DNA of 64,000 nucleotides from an uncultured Gammaproteobacteria bacterium. Its GTDB lineage: Bacteria; Patescibacteriota; Microgenomatia; Levybacterales; UBA12049. The notes beneath the pieces are model-generated. The model had not been told where the DNA came from and did not search any database. It saw only the letters and a list, made by a program, of their open reading frames with translations. The translations under genes and the position numbers were made by a program. Positions 48,021 to 58,475 of the stretch are shown here, piece by piece. The number at the start of each line of letters is the position of its first letter. Position 1 is the first letter of the stretch. The stretch spans positions 1,946-65,945 of the forward strand of contig CAYQEE010000003.1 in assembly GCA_964416445.1 (NCBI GenBank), read 5' to 3'.

Positions 48021-49001
48021 TTATTTGGCGTTTAGCCATTCTGCAACTTGCGGTGCAAAGTACGTTATAATAATGTCTGCCCCTGCTCGTTTCATTGCTA
48101 TTAACATTTCTAAAACAATTTTTTTCTCATCAATCCATCCATTTTGAGCTGCAGCTTTGACCATGGCATATTCCCCACTTACATTATAAACGGCTAAAGG
48201 CAAGTCAAAACGTTGTGATACTCGATAAACAACATCTAAATAGGAAAGAGCAGGTTTTACCATAATAATGTCAGCACCTTCTTGAATATCAAGTTCTATC
48301 TCTCTCAATGCTTCTTTAGCATTCGCAGGATCCATTTGATACGTTTTTCTATCTCCAAATTGAGGTGCAGAACCTGCTGCTTCACGAAATGGTCCATAAA
48401 AACTTGACGCATATTTTGCCGAGTAAGCCATAATTGGTATTTCAGAAAAGTGGTTCTTATCGAGAATTTTACGTATTGCTCCAATTCTTCCATCCATCAT
48501 ATCTGAAGGTGCAACCATGTCAGCTCCTGCTTCGACATGTGACAATGCCATGCGAGAAAGTAATTCAAGTGACGGATCATTATTAATAGTATTGTTTTTT
48601 ACCACCCCGCAATGTCCATGATCAGTATATTCACAAAGGCAAATGTCCGTTATGATAATAATTTCGGGGGCTTTCGATTTTATTTCTCTAATTGCTTCCT
48701 GAACTACTCCGTTCTTATTATATGCCTCAGAGCCAACAGGATCTTTTTTGTTAGGTATACCAAATAACAATACTGCTGGAATTCCGAGATTTGCGACTCT
48801 TTTTGCTTGTTCGCCAATCTGTTTAATTGGCCATTGCATAATGCCAGGCATCGCGTCTATCTTTTGAGGTTTAGTGATTCCTTCGTGGATAAAAAAAGGA
48901 TAAACTAACTGGTCGATTCGTAGTGTTGTTTCTCGTACTAATCCTCGAAATTTATCATTATGACGAGTTCTCCGAAGCCTCGTAACAGGAAAATAAGTCA
49001 T
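48021..49001 (-). CDS. hemB: Porphobilinogen synthase (delta-aminolevulinate dehydratase), Zn-dependent
   Basis: The Cys-rich zinc site DICLCEYTDHGHCG, plus the active-site Lys regions. Confidence 0.85.
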   Translation of the reverse strand: MTYFPVTRLRRTRHNDKFRGLVRETTLRIDQLVYPFFIHEGITKPQKIDAMPGIMQWPIKQIGEQAKRVANLGIPAVLLFGIPNKKDPVGSEAYNKNGVVQEAIREIKSKAPEIIIITDICLCEYTDHGHCGVVKNNTINNDPSLELLSRMALSHVEAGADMVAPSDMMDGRIGAIRKILDKNHFSEIPIMAYSAKYASSFYGPFREAAGSAPQFGDRKTYQMDPANAKEALREIELDIQEGADIIMVKPALSYLDVVYRVSQRFDLPLAVYNVSGEYAMVKAAAQNGWIDEKKIVLEMLIAMKRAGADIIITYFAPQVAEWLNAK

Positions 49002-49049
49002 GTAAAGTTATAATATATATTACATGAAAGCCTACTAAAAAAAAAGTAA

Positions 49050-49991
49050 CTAAATAATTTGTTTTTTTACTACTTCAGCAAGAGCTTTTATAAATAATGG
49101 TGAAGTATTGAGTGACTGTGTTCGTATAAAAGATAAACCATGATCTTCAGCTTGTTTTCTTGCTGCAATTTCTACATCATATAGAATTTCAAGATGATCT
49201 GCTAAAAATTGCACAGGAGCAATAACAACGTATCTAAATCCTTCTTGTTTTAATTGCGGCATTATGTCAGCAAAATCTGGTTTTAGCCATTCTTCCGGTG
49301 TATGTCCTGCACTTTGGTAACAAAATTTCCATTGTTCTGCAGGCAGTTTCAGTATTTTCGCTACTTTTGAAGCAGTTTCTTGTAAGCTTATTATATACTC
49401 TGGTTCGTTTTGTACCACTCGCTTAGGCATACTATGTGCAGAAAAGACAATCGGTACTTTTTTTTGGATTTTTTTTGGAAATTGAGATAAGGCTTGCTGT
49501 ACTTTCTGGGCTAATGCCTGAAGGAATAAGGGTTCATCATACCAATTCTCAGCAATAGTAAGGAGGGGTTGTTTTTTTTCTGGTAACTCTGTTACTGCTT
49601 TTTTAAGTGCCAGTTGATAACCCTGCATAATAATAGGTGAATATTGTGGTGACATGATAATACCAATTAGTTGATTACTATCTAACGCAATCTCGGATAA
49701 TACATGAGAAATAAAAGGCTCAGAAAAACGCATTCCCGCACTAACTTGAAAAACAATATTTTCTTTAAATTGTAGACTAAGTTCTTGTTGAAGTGCAGCT
49801 GCCTGTTCCTGAGTTATGTGGACGAGTGGAGATCCACCTATCAGCGAATATCTTCTTTGAAATTCAATAATAGTATCTGGTTTTGCCTCTTTACCGCCAT
49901 AAATATTCCTTAAATATCTTGGAATTTCTTCTAATGATTTTGGAGAACCATAGGTCATTAAAATTACCCCTATTCTCTTTTTTGATTGCAT
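49050..49991 (-). CDS. cpfC: Ferrochelatase family; likely coproporphyrin ferrochelatase given chdC nearby
   Basis: IGVILMTYGSP..., with His/Glu active-site blocks; 313 aa. Confidence 0.75.
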   Translation of the reverse strand: MQSKKRIGVILMTYGSPKSLEEIPRYLRNIYGGKEAKPDTIIEFQRRYSLIGGSPLVHITQEQAAALQQELSLQFKENIVFQVSAGMRFSEPFISHVLSEIALDSNQLIGIIMSPQYSPIIMQGYQLALKKAVTELPEKKQPLLTIAENWYDEPLFLQALAQKVQQALSQFPKKIQKKVPIVFSAHSMPKRVVQNEPEYIISLQETASKVAKILKLPAEQWKFCYQSAGHTPEEWLKPDFADIMPQLKQEGFRYVVIAPVQFLADHLEILYDVEIAARKQAEDHGLSFIRTQSLNTSPLFIKALAEVVKKQII

Positions 49992-50086
49992 AATAAAAAC
50001 ATTAAGAGTATATCAAATATTTTTTACTAATTTCGAGCTTTAAGTTTTATATAAACTATAGTAGTATAGCTTCCAGAAGATAAGGC

Positions 50087-51019
50087 ATGCATAAAATGAA
50101 AAAGATAGTAATTGGTACGCGAGGCAGCAAACTTGCTCTTATACAATCCGAAATAATAAAAAATCAACTTCTCGCCATTCAACCATCACTTTTGGTAGAA
50201 ATAATGGTTATCACGACAAAAGGAGATACCAATATGAATCCAATCCCACTGGATAGTATGGGAAAAGACTGGTTTACTAAAGAAATTGATAACAAACTAT
50301 TAAATGATTCGATAGATATTGCCGTACATAGTATTAAAGATATTTCTGAAAACATATCTGATAAGCTTTTTATAGCTGCAGTCTCACAACGTGAAGATGC
50401 CCGAGAAGCATTAATTTCAAATAAAGGTCTTTCTTTTGATCAACTTCCTAAAGGATCAATTATAGGAACAGATAGTTCGAGGCGGAAAGCTCAAATATTA
50501 TATAAAAGACCTGACTTAATAGTTCTTCCTATAAGAGGCAATATTCCTACAAGAATTGCAAAACTAGAATCTCAGCATTACGACGCTTTAGTTTTGGCAG
50601 TAGCAGGGTTAAAACGATTGGGAATTGACGATAAAATTACACAATATTTTCCTATTACTGAAATTATCCCCTCTCCTGGCCAAGGAGCACTTGGAATTAT
50701 GATGAAAAAAAATAATACTAAACTATTATCATTAATAAGAAAATTAAATCATAAATCGAGTGAATTATGCATAGAAGCTGAACGGGCTTGTGCTCAAGAA
50801 ATGGGTGGAGGGTGTAAGATGCCTGTTGGGGTGTATGCTGAGCTAAAAGAAAATACATTACATTTGTTAGGAGTAGTGGGTTCATTGGATGGAAAACATA
50901 TTGTAACTGCTACCGTGAATGGTGAATTTTCAAAACCTGCTATTGTAGGTAAACTTTTAGCACAACAGCTTTTGAAATTGAGCGTAAGTTGGTACCAAAA
51001 ATCTGGAGAATTATTATGA
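50087..51019 (+). CDS. hemC: Hydroxymethylbilane synthase (porphobilinogen deaminase)
   Basis: IGTRGSKLALIQS..., with the dipyrromethane cofactor Cys region CAQEMGGGCKMPVG. Confidence 0.85.
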   Translation: MHKMKKIVIGTRGSKLALIQSEIIKNQLLAIQPSLLVEIMVITTKGDTNMNPIPLDSMGKDWFTKEIDNKLLNDSIDIAVHSIKDISENISDKLFIAAVSQREDAREALISNKGLSFDQLPKGSIIGTDSSRRKAQILYKRPDLIVLPIRGNIPTRIAKLESQHYDALVLAVAGLKRLGIDDKITQYFPITEIIPSPGQGALGIMMKKNNTKLLSLIRKLNHKSSELCIEAERACAQEMGGGCKMPVGVYAELKENTLHLLGVVGSLDGKHIVTATVNGEFSKPAIVGKLLAQQLLKLSVSWYQKSGELL

Positions 51020-51792
51020 TTTATGTACGAACAGGGCAATATATTGTTAAGACGAACGAACGATCTGAAATGAAAGGATTGCAAACGAAACTTTCATCAT
51101 TAGGACTGCACGTTTTCAGTTATCCTTGTATTTCGATTAGACAAAATTTAACGAAAGAATCCTTTTGGAATTGTTTAGGTGATATACGAACCTATGATAT
51201 TATTATTTTTACGAGCAAGAATAGTGTACGCTACCTATTTAAATATTTAGCCACAAGAAATGTTTCGCCAGAATCTCTAGAAAAAAAGACTATTTTTACC
51301 ATTGGCCTTGAAACAGCTCAAATCTTGCAACGGTTCAAACTTAATGTTACTCTTATTCCTCAAAAATTTACTTTTACTAATCTTCTTGACGAATTACCTA
51401 CAATTGAGGGAAAGAAAATATTGCTACCATTATCAACCCGTGCGGATTTTAGTAAAAAGGATTTACTTCAAAAAAAGGGTGCCCAAGTTACGGTAATTCC
51501 TCTTTATAAAACGGAACTGGTGTCCAAAAAGTCAGAACTATTCGAAAAACTAGTTGAAAATAATAGTATTTGTTGTGTAATATTTACAAGTCCATCAACA
51601 ATAGATGGTTTTATAAAACGTACTAAATCTGCAAATCTATTGAAAAAAATAAAGAAAATACCTATTTTTTGTATAGGACCGGTTACGGCAAAAGTTGCAA
51701 AACTATATAATTTTTCCCATATTTATCTTTCAGAGGTGCATACCTTTAATGGTATAATCAATACTATAAAGAATAACATTAAAATTATATGA
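51016..51792 (+). CDS. hemD: Uroporphyrinogen-III synthase
   Basis: HemD-like two-lobed fold motifs (IFTSKNSV, ILLPLSTRAD...IFTSPSTIDGF). ATGA-coupled to hemC; the start is taken at the internal ATG at 51016. Confidence 0.6.
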   Translation: MIYVRTGQYIVKTNERSEMKGLQTKLSSLGLHVFSYPCISIRQNLTKESFWNCLGDIRTYDIIIFTSKNSVRYLFKYLATRNVSPESLEKKTIFTIGLETAQILQRFKLNVTLIPQKFTFTNLLDELPTIEGKKILLPLSTRADFSKKDLLQKKGAQVTVIPLYKTELVSKKSELFEKLVENNSICCVIFTSPSTIDGFIKRTKSANLLKKIKKIPIFCIGPVTAKVAKLYNFSHIYLSEVHTFNGIINTIKNNIKII

Positions 51793-52442
51793 AATATCAC
51801 AATTATATTTTTATGCAAACTAGTGCTTCTTTTTTAGAGCTTTCTCCTCTGCAACGTAAAAAATTGAGAAAAGTTTTAAAAGAACAATTAGACCAAGATA
51901 GTAACGTAGTTATTAACACTTTTGCGACATTAGGATTAAAGAAAGATACCCAATGCTTATTGTGGATACAATCGGAGAAAATTGAAAACATTCAAGATTT
52001 TTTAAATACTATGCTACATTCTTCATTAGGTAGATATGTAACTATTTCTTATACATTATTTGGAATTGTTCATTCATCTCAATATGCTTCACAATCCAGT
52101 GCTCAAAATGAAACAAATTGGAAAGGTGCAAAGTATTTAATCATATATCCATTTACAAAAACGCACGAATGGTACCAATTAGATTTCGCAACAAGAAAGG
52201 AATTAATGCGGGGACATATAACCATTGGTAAGAAATTTCCTCAAATTTCCCAGCTCCTTCTCTATTCCTATGGTGTGGATGATCAGGAGTTTATTGTTTC
52301 TTATGAGACAGAAGATCTCACTGATTTTCAGAGATTAGTAATTGCTCTCCGTGCAGATAAAGTACGAGAGTATACTAAAAATGATACACCAATTTTTACT
52401 TGTATACATAAATCTTTAGATGAATTTGTTACGTTTTTATGA
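51789..52442 (+). CDS. chdC: Chlorite dismutase-family coproheme decarboxylase (HemQ/ChdC)
   Basis: C-terminal ferredoxin-like domain blocks YLIIYPFTKTHEWYQL...RGHITIGKKF...YSYGVDDQEFIVSYETEDL...LVIALRADKVREYT characteristic of HemQ; ATGA-coupled into the hem operon. Confidence 0.65.
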   Translation: MKYHNYIFMQTSASFLELSPLQRKKLRKVLKEQLDQDSNVVINTFATLGLKKDTQCLLWIQSEKIENIQDFLNTMLHSSLGRYVTISYTLFGIVHSSQYASQSSAQNETNWKGAKYLIIYPFTKTHEWYQLDFATRKELMRGHITIGKKFPQISQLLLYSYGVDDQEFIVSYETEDLTDFQRLVIALRADKVREYTKNDTPIFTCIHKSLDEFVTFL

Positions 52443-53461
52443 ATAAAACCTTTATTGAGGCTTGTTTTGGAAATAAAACATTATATACACCAGTTTGGTA
52501 TATGCGACAGGCTGGTAGATACTTACCAGAGTATAGGAAATTAAAAGAAAAGTATAAAATATTAGAAATATGCCAAACACCTGAACTCGCTGTGAAAGTG
52601 GCTTTACAACCAGTTGATATTCTTCATGTTGATGCAGCAATTTTGTTTGCGGATATTATGATTCCTCTTCTAGGAATAGACGTTAGATTAGATATAGTAG
52701 AATCAATTGGGCCAGTGATTCAGGATCCAATTCAATCTCTTTCAGATGTCAAACAGCTTCGAGACCTTCATCCCAAAGAGGACATTCCCTATTTACTCGA
52801 AACAATTAAAATTCTTCGTAACGAGTTAAAAAATAAAGTACCATTAATTGGATTTTCAGCTGCTCCGTTTACCTTAGCAAGTTATCTTATTGAAGGAAAA
52901 CCTACCAGAGACTTTATAAGAACAAAATCATTTATGTATAACAATAGTAAAGCGTGGCATTTGTTAATGAAGAAACTGAGTGAGATGATTATTGTCTATT
53001 TAAATGCTCAGATAGACGCTGGCGCTCAGGCATTACAGTTATTTGATAGTTGGGTAGGATGTTTAAGCGAGAGCGATTATAGTGAATATGTACTTCCCTA
53101 CTCAGCCGAAATATTTGCAAAGGTTTATCAACCGCATATTCCACTAATTCATTTTGGAACAAATACCTACGGCTTACTAAAACAGTTTTCTTCAGTTCAA
53201 TGTCATGTCATTAGTATTGATTGGAGAATTTCGATTGCTAAAGCATGGAAAGAGATTGCTTATAAAAAGGCGGTACAAGGGAATTTAGATCCAGTACTCT
53301 TGTTAAGCGACTTTAGTTTAATAAAAAAGCGAGTAGATGCACTTTATGTAGATTTACCAAGAAAGGATGGATATATTTTTAATTTAGGACATGGTGTTCT
53401 ACCGACTACTCCTGTTGAAAATATGATTAGACTTACTGAGTATATACATGAACATAGATAA
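52439..53461 (+). CDS. hemE: Uroporphyrinogen decarboxylase
   Basis: N-terminal PVWYMRQAGRYLPEY signature of UroD. Confidence 0.85.
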   Translation: MNKTFIEACFGNKTLYTPVWYMRQAGRYLPEYRKLKEKYKILEICQTPELAVKVALQPVDILHVDAAILFADIMIPLLGIDVRLDIVESIGPVIQDPIQSLSDVKQLRDLHPKEDIPYLLETIKILRNELKNKVPLIGFSAAPFTLASYLIEGKPTRDFIRTKSFMYNNSKAWHLLMKKLSEMIIVYLNAQIDAGAQALQLFDSWVGCLSESDYSEYVLPYSAEIFAKVYQPHIPLIHFGTNTYGLLKQFSSVQCHVISIDWRISIAKAWKEIAYKKAVQGNLDPVLLLSDFSLIKKRVDALYVDLPRKDGYIFNLGHGVLPTTPVENMIRLTEYIHEHR

Positions 53462-53529
53462 TGTTGAGGAAGTTTTTCTAAAGAGAATGGATAATTTTTT
53501 TGACTAGTCTCTTGAATTAATAGAGTATA

Positions 53530-53937
53530 ATGAATAAAGACATGAAATATAACGCACTTACATCTCAGGAAGAAAATGTCATTTTACATAAAGCAACAGA
53601 AGCTCCTTTTACTGGAGAGTATGATGATTTTTATCAACAAGGGACATATATTTGCCGTCGATGTAATGCTCCTTTGTTTTCATCAGAGAGTAAATTTGAC
53701 GCTGGGTGTGGATGGCCTGCATTTGATAAAAGTTACCCAAACGCAATTACTCGTTTGCCCGATCCCGACGGCATGAGAACTGAGGTTCAGTGTACAAATT
53801 GTGGAGGTCATCTTGGACATGAATTTGTTGGAGAGGGTTTAACTGCTACAAATACTCGCGAATGTATTAATTCACTTTCCATTAAATTCATATCCAAAAA
53901 TAAAGAAGTGCCAAAAGTCATTCACAATGAAAAATAA
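53530..53937 (+). CDS. msrB: Peptide-methionine (R)-S-oxide reductase
   Basis: Zn-binding CxxC pairs (CRRCNAPLF, CTNCGGHLGHEF) and the catalytic C-terminal Cys region. Confidence 0.85.
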   Translation: MNKDMKYNALTSQEENVILHKATEAPFTGEYDDFYQQGTYICRRCNAPLFSSESKFDAGCGWPAFDKSYPNAITRLPDPDGMRTEVQCTNCGGHLGHEFVGEGLTATNTRECINSLSIKFISKNKEVPKVIHNEK

Positions 53938-54478
53938 TGAGGTAGCTACATTAGCAAATGGTTGTTTTTGGTGTACAGAAGCAATTTTTAAAAGACTGAA
54001 GGGGATAATTTCAGTTGAATCTGGTTTTTCAGGAGGTCATACAGAGAATCCTACTTGGGAGCAAGTTTCTACAGGGACAACGGGACATGCTGAATCAGTT
54101 CAAATTGAATACGATCCTTCACAAATTTCGTTTGAAAAAATATTAGAAGTTTTTTGGCATACTCATAATCCTACGACGCTCAATCAGCAAGGTAATGATA
54201 GAGGAACAGAATATCGATCAGCCATTTTTTATCACAACGAAAAGCAAAAAGAAATAGCAGAAACGTTGAAAGCGGAACTTGAAAAAGAGCATGTCTTCAA
54301 AGAACCAATTGTAACTGAAATCACTCCATTCACAAATTTCTATCCAGCTGGAGCCTATCATAAAAATTTTTATGAAAGTGGCAAACGACCAGATTATTGT
54401 TATTACGTCATTAATCCAAAAATTCAGAAATTATTGAAAGAATATGGAAATGATGTAAAAGAAGAGTATAAAAAATAA
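53927..54478 (+). CDS. msrA: Peptide-methionine (S)-S-oxide reductase
   Basis: The GCFWCTEA active-site motif. Confidence 0.85.
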   Translation: MKNNEVATLANGCFWCTEAIFKRLKGIISVESGFSGGHTENPTWEQVSTGTTGHAESVQIEYDPSQISFEKILEVFWHTHNPTTLNQQGNDRGTEYRSAIFYHNEKQKEIAETLKAELEKEHVFKEPIVTEITPFTNFYPAGAYHKNFYESGKRPDYCYYVINPKIQKLLKEYGNDVKEEYKK

Positions 54479-54488
54479 TTTCAACGAT

Positions 54489-55847
54489 TTAGTTAATAAT
54501 TGCATGACTTTTCGTTTGAGCTTTTATTGAATGATGTGTTATTCCTCTCGTTTTCAATCGAATTGTTTTAATTTTTCTCTTTCTAACTTCAATGACTTCG
54601 AGTGAAATTGAATCTACGGTGATTTTATCTCCCTTTTTAGGTTTTTTTCTAATTTTTGCAAGAACAAGTCCTCCAACTGTATTGAAATTTTCATTTTCTA
54701 GCTTTATTTTAAATTTATTCCTGATTCTATCTAACGAAGTATGTGATTGAATAAGATATGTACCCGGAGATTCTTTTTGAATTTCTTTAATATGATCATC
54801 AAATTCATCTTGGATATCTCCGGTCACAGCTTCTAATACATCTTCAAGGCTGACAATACCACACGTTTCACTATATTCATTATGAACAACAGCAATATGT
54901 ATCCATTGTTTCCTCATAAGATAAAGTAGTTCATCAATTTTTATGTTTTCTGGAATGCTTATAATTTTCCTAACAAGATTAGTTTCTCGTAATTTTGTTT
55001 TTTGGTTACTTGTAAGAAGACTTCGATAAAAATCCTTAATATGAATAAATCCAATAATATTATCTACGGAGTACCGATAGACGGGAAATCGACTATGGAG
55101 ATTTTTCTCAATTCGTTTTGCAATATCAGCTAATGTTGTGTTAATATTAAAACCAATAATTTCCGTTCTTGGTACCATAATGTCTTTTACTGAAGAGTCA
55201 CCCATTTTAAATATGTTATAAACCATCTCAATTTCGTGCTTTTTAAAAATACCCTTTTGACTGCTATGTTCAAGAATCATTTTTATTTCCTCTTCAGAAT
55301 GAGTTAACTCTTGTTTGGTAAAATTAGATAGGCCGAATGAACGTAATACGAAATTACAAACTACATTAAGAAGCCAAATGAAGGGATTAAATATATTAAC
55401 GAATATTGTTAGATATGGAATAACGTCGAGTAAGGTACTTTCTGTATTTTGTAAGGCAATTGCCTTGGGAACAGATTCTCCTAGAATAATCTGTAATGTA
55501 GTAATAAAAATAAAAGCTAAAGCTACAGAAAAAACTTGGGCAGTATACAGAGAGATTCCTTGTGGCAAAAAAGAAACAAACAGAGGAAATAGTAGTGAAG
55601 CTATTACTGGGGCACCGATCCATCCAATTGCAATATTTGCTAGAGTTACCCCCCATTGTATTGCAGAAAGGTAGGTGTTGAGTTGATTCATTGCTTTTTG
55701 GGCATAGAAAGCTTTCCTATTACCTTTTTTTACAAGTTCATCGATGCGTGTTTTACGCATGCTCACAAGAGAATATTCAGCAGCTACAAAAAATCCGTTT
55801 ATAACGACCAGAAATAAAACAAATACTAATTGTGTAAAAGTAAGCAT
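54489..55847 (-). CDS. CNNM/HlyC-CorC family transporter (DUF21, CBS pair, CorC_HlyC)
   Basis: N-terminal 4-TM DUF21, CBS pair and a C-terminal transporter-associated domain (IEVIEVRKRKI). Confidence 0.75.
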   Translation of the reverse strand: MLTFTQLVFVLFLVVINGFFVAAEYSLVSMRKTRIDELVKKGNRKAFYAQKAMNQLNTYLSAIQWGVTLANIAIGWIGAPVIASLLFPLFVSFLPQGISLYTAQVFSVALAFIFITTLQIILGESVPKAIALQNTESTLLDVIPYLTIFVNIFNPFIWLLNVVCNFVLRSFGLSNFTKQELTHSEEEIKMILEHSSQKGIFKKHEIEMVYNIFKMGDSSVKDIMVPRTEIIGFNINTTLADIAKRIEKNLHSRFPVYRYSVDNIIGFIHIKDFYRSLLTSNQKTKLRETNLVRKIISIPENIKIDELLYLMRKQWIHIAVVHNEYSETCGIVSLEDVLEAVTGDIQDEFDDHIKEIQKESPGTYLIQSHTSLDRIRNKFKIKLENENFNTVGGLVLAKIRKKPKKGDKITVDSISLEVIEVRKRKIKTIRLKTRGITHHSIKAQTKSHAIIN

Positions 55848-55954
55848 GTTTTTTTACTATATCAGAATTAATATGAAAGGTTTGTTATAAATATGTAAAT
55901 TTGCGTATTGTATATCAAGTTATTTCTACAAGTACTGGTAAATATGTAATAGTA

Positions 55955-57415
55955 TTATGCAATTACATAATGCGATCCTAAACTTTTTTGTCGAGAATGT
56001 GCTGATTTTGCAATCAGAAAGGAAATGAGAACCATGTTAACTAATTCTCCCTGCTCTCTTGTTACATAAGGTACTTGTCGGAGTCTATTGAGTACAAAGG
56101 TAAGTTTTTCTATAACTTGTGCGAGATCACTTCTAGTACGTTCAATACCAACATTATTCCACATAAGTTCCTGAAGAACTTTTCGAGTAAAATTTTTATT
56201 TTCGTTAATAGTAAAAAATTGAAGGTTACTCGGTAGAGAAGGAATTTCTTGTGGAAGCTCTGAAATGCAATAAGCAATTTGACCTGAGAAGACAAATCCT
56301 TCAAGTAAAGAATTTGAGGCTAAACGATTAGCCCCATGGATTCCTGTTGCTGCAACTTCACCGTAGGCGAAGAGATTTTGAACAGAAGTTCTTCCATAGA
56401 GATCAGTTGCTATTCCACCGCAAATAAAATGAGCTGCAGGAGTAATTGGTATGAGGTTCGTTGTCAAATCATATCCTCGCTTAAGTAATTCACGATATAT
56501 ATTGGGAAATCGATTTCTAACGAAAGATTTGGGTTTATGTCGAAGATCTAAAAAAACTTTTCCCGTTCGTTGTTTATGAAAGACTGCTCGAGATACTATA
56601 TCTCTTGGTGCAAGATCACCGGAGGGATGAAAATCTTTCATAAATGCTTTTCCAGTACTATCTTTCAAAGTAGCTCCTTCTCCACGTAATGCCTCTGATA
56701 GTAAAAATAACGGTGAAGAAGAATCTTGTAAAGCCGTAGGATGGAATTGAATAAATTCGAGATCAGTTAGTTTTGCTTTGACTCTTGCTGCCATAGCAAT
56801 TCCATCTCCTGTTGCTACTTTGGGATTTGTGGTCCATGTGTATACTTGTCCTACTCCTCCAGTACATAGCATGGTTCCTCTTGCAGCAACTTTGATAATT
56901 TCATTATCCCTTAAAATGAAAGCACCAAAACATGCATTATCTTTTACATATAAATCTATTGTGAATGCATTTTCCCAAATCTCAACGTTTTTAGTTTGTA
57001 ATAAAGAATTTACTAGTTTTTCCTCTATTTCCTGACCGGTAAAATCAGATGCATGAAATATTCTAGGATATGAATGTGCTGCTTCATATGAAGTAGCAAA
57101 ATTGCCATTCTCTTTTTTATCAAAATTGACCCCATATTTTTGTAATTCTAAAATAGCTTTTTTCCCATTTCTAACTAAAAATGTAACGGACTCTTTTTTA
57201 TTATGATACTTTCCTGCTTCTAATGTATCCTGAATATGAGAATGAATAGAATCGTTTTTACCGAATACAGCTGCAATTCCTCCTTGAGCATAGGAAGTTG
57301 CAGAATCTGTTAACGATTGTTTTGTTACTAATAATACTTTTCCGAATTGAGCAAGCGTTAATGCACAGTGCAGGCCTGCAATTCCAGAACCAATAACGAG
57401 AAAATCTGTTTTCAT
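55955..57415 (-). CDS. nadB: L-aspartate oxidase
   Basis: FAD-binding DFLVIGSGIAGL..YAQGGIAA..DS...H..DTL.AG, plus an RxGG-like block typical of NadB/SdhA-family flavoproteins; divergent to nadA. Confidence 0.8.
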   Translation of the reverse strand: MKTDFLVIGSGIAGLHCALTLAQFGKVLLVTKQSLTDSATSYAQGGIAAVFGKNDSIHSHIQDTLEAGKYHNKKESVTFLVRNGKKAILELQKYGVNFDKKENGNFATSYEAAHSYPRIFHASDFTGQEIEEKLVNSLLQTKNVEIWENAFTIDLYVKDNACFGAFILRDNEIIKVAARGTMLCTGGVGQVYTWTTNPKVATGDGIAMAARVKAKLTDLEFIQFHPTALQDSSSPLFLLSEALRGEGATLKDSTGKAFMKDFHPSGDLAPRDIVSRAVFHKQRTGKVFLDLRHKPKSFVRNRFPNIYRELLKRGYDLTTNLIPITPAAHFICGGIATDLYGRTSVQNLFAYGEVAATGIHGANRLASNSLLEGFVFSGQIAYCISELPQEIPSLPSNLQFFTINENKNFTRKVLQELMWNNVGIERTRSDLAQVIEKLTFVLNRLRQVPYVTREQGELVNMVLISFLIAKSAHSRQKSLGSHYVIA

Positions 57416-57484
57416 AGAGATAATTAATGTCTTGTAATAAATTAGTGTATATTATACACTTAGATCATGCAATGAGGAGGTCTT

Positions 57485-58474
57485 ATGATACAACATAATA
57501 ATGTAAGCCCATCATTTTACGGCGAAAAAGAGGAAAATTTAGATACCATCAATAAAATTAAAGCATGGAAAAAAAAGAGGAATGCATTAATAATTGCACA
57601 TAATTATCAAATTCCTGATATTCAAGATATTGCAGATTTTGTGGGAGATTCTCTCGGACTTTCTCAAAAAGCTGCTGCAGCATCTGAAGAACTTATTATC
57701 TATTGTGGAGTACATTTTATGGCAGAAAGTGCTGCAATCTTTTCACCCGATAAAACAGTATTAATCCCTGATTTGAAAGCTGGATGTAGTTTAGCAGATT
57801 CGATAGATGCTGAAGAATTGCGAAAATGGAAAAGACGATATCCAAATGCCGTAGTTGTAAGTTATGTAAATACAACAGCAGAAGTTAAGGCAGAAAGTGA
57901 TTTTTGTTGCACTTCATCAAATGCTGTACGTGTCGTACAGTCAATTCCTGAAGATAAAGAAATTATCTTTGTGCCGGATATGTTTTTAGGTGATTATGTT
58001 GCACGTAAAACAGGCAGGAAAATATATGTTTATCCTGGTGAATGTCATGTGCATGCAAGGGCAAGCTCAAAAGATATCATAGCAAAATTAGGAAGACACC
58101 CTGCTGCAGAATTTTTAATTCACCCTGAATGCGGATGTGTATCTGAATGTATGCATTACGTAGCTACGAAAGAAATTCCCGAAGAGAAAACTCATATTCT
58201 TTCAACAGGAGGTATGCTTAATCACGTTAAAAAATCTGTTACGAATGAATATGTAGTTGCTACTGAAACAGGTATTATTCATCAATTACAAAAACAGAAT
58301 CCCCAAAAAAAATTCTTTCCTTTACGAGAAGATATGGTATGCAAGTATATGAAAATGATTACACTTGATAAGTTACTGAATAGTTTAATCAATCTTGAGT
58401 TTGAGGTAAAAGTTTCAAAAGAAATTGCATCGAAAGCACGAACTCCTATTGAACGAATGCTTGCACTTGGTTAA
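57485..58474 (+). CDS. nadA: Quinolinate synthase A
   Basis: ALIIAHNYQ...YCGVHFMAES..., with Cys ligands (CSLAD, ECHVH, PECGCV). Confidence 0.85.
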   Translation: MIQHNNVSPSFYGEKEENLDTINKIKAWKKKRNALIIAHNYQIPDIQDIADFVGDSLGLSQKAAAASEELIIYCGVHFMAESAAIFSPDKTVLIPDLKAGCSLADSIDAEELRKWKRRYPNAVVVSYVNTTAEVKAESDFCCTSSNAVRVVQSIPEDKEIIFVPDMFLGDYVARKTGRKIYVYPGECHVHARASSKDIIAKLGRHPAAEFLIHPECGCVSECMHYVATKEIPEEKTHILSTGGMLNHVKKSVTNEYVVATETGIIHQLQKQNPQKKFFPLREDMVCKYMKMITLDKLLNSLINLEFEVKVSKEIASKARTPIERMLALG

Positions 58475-58475
58475 T

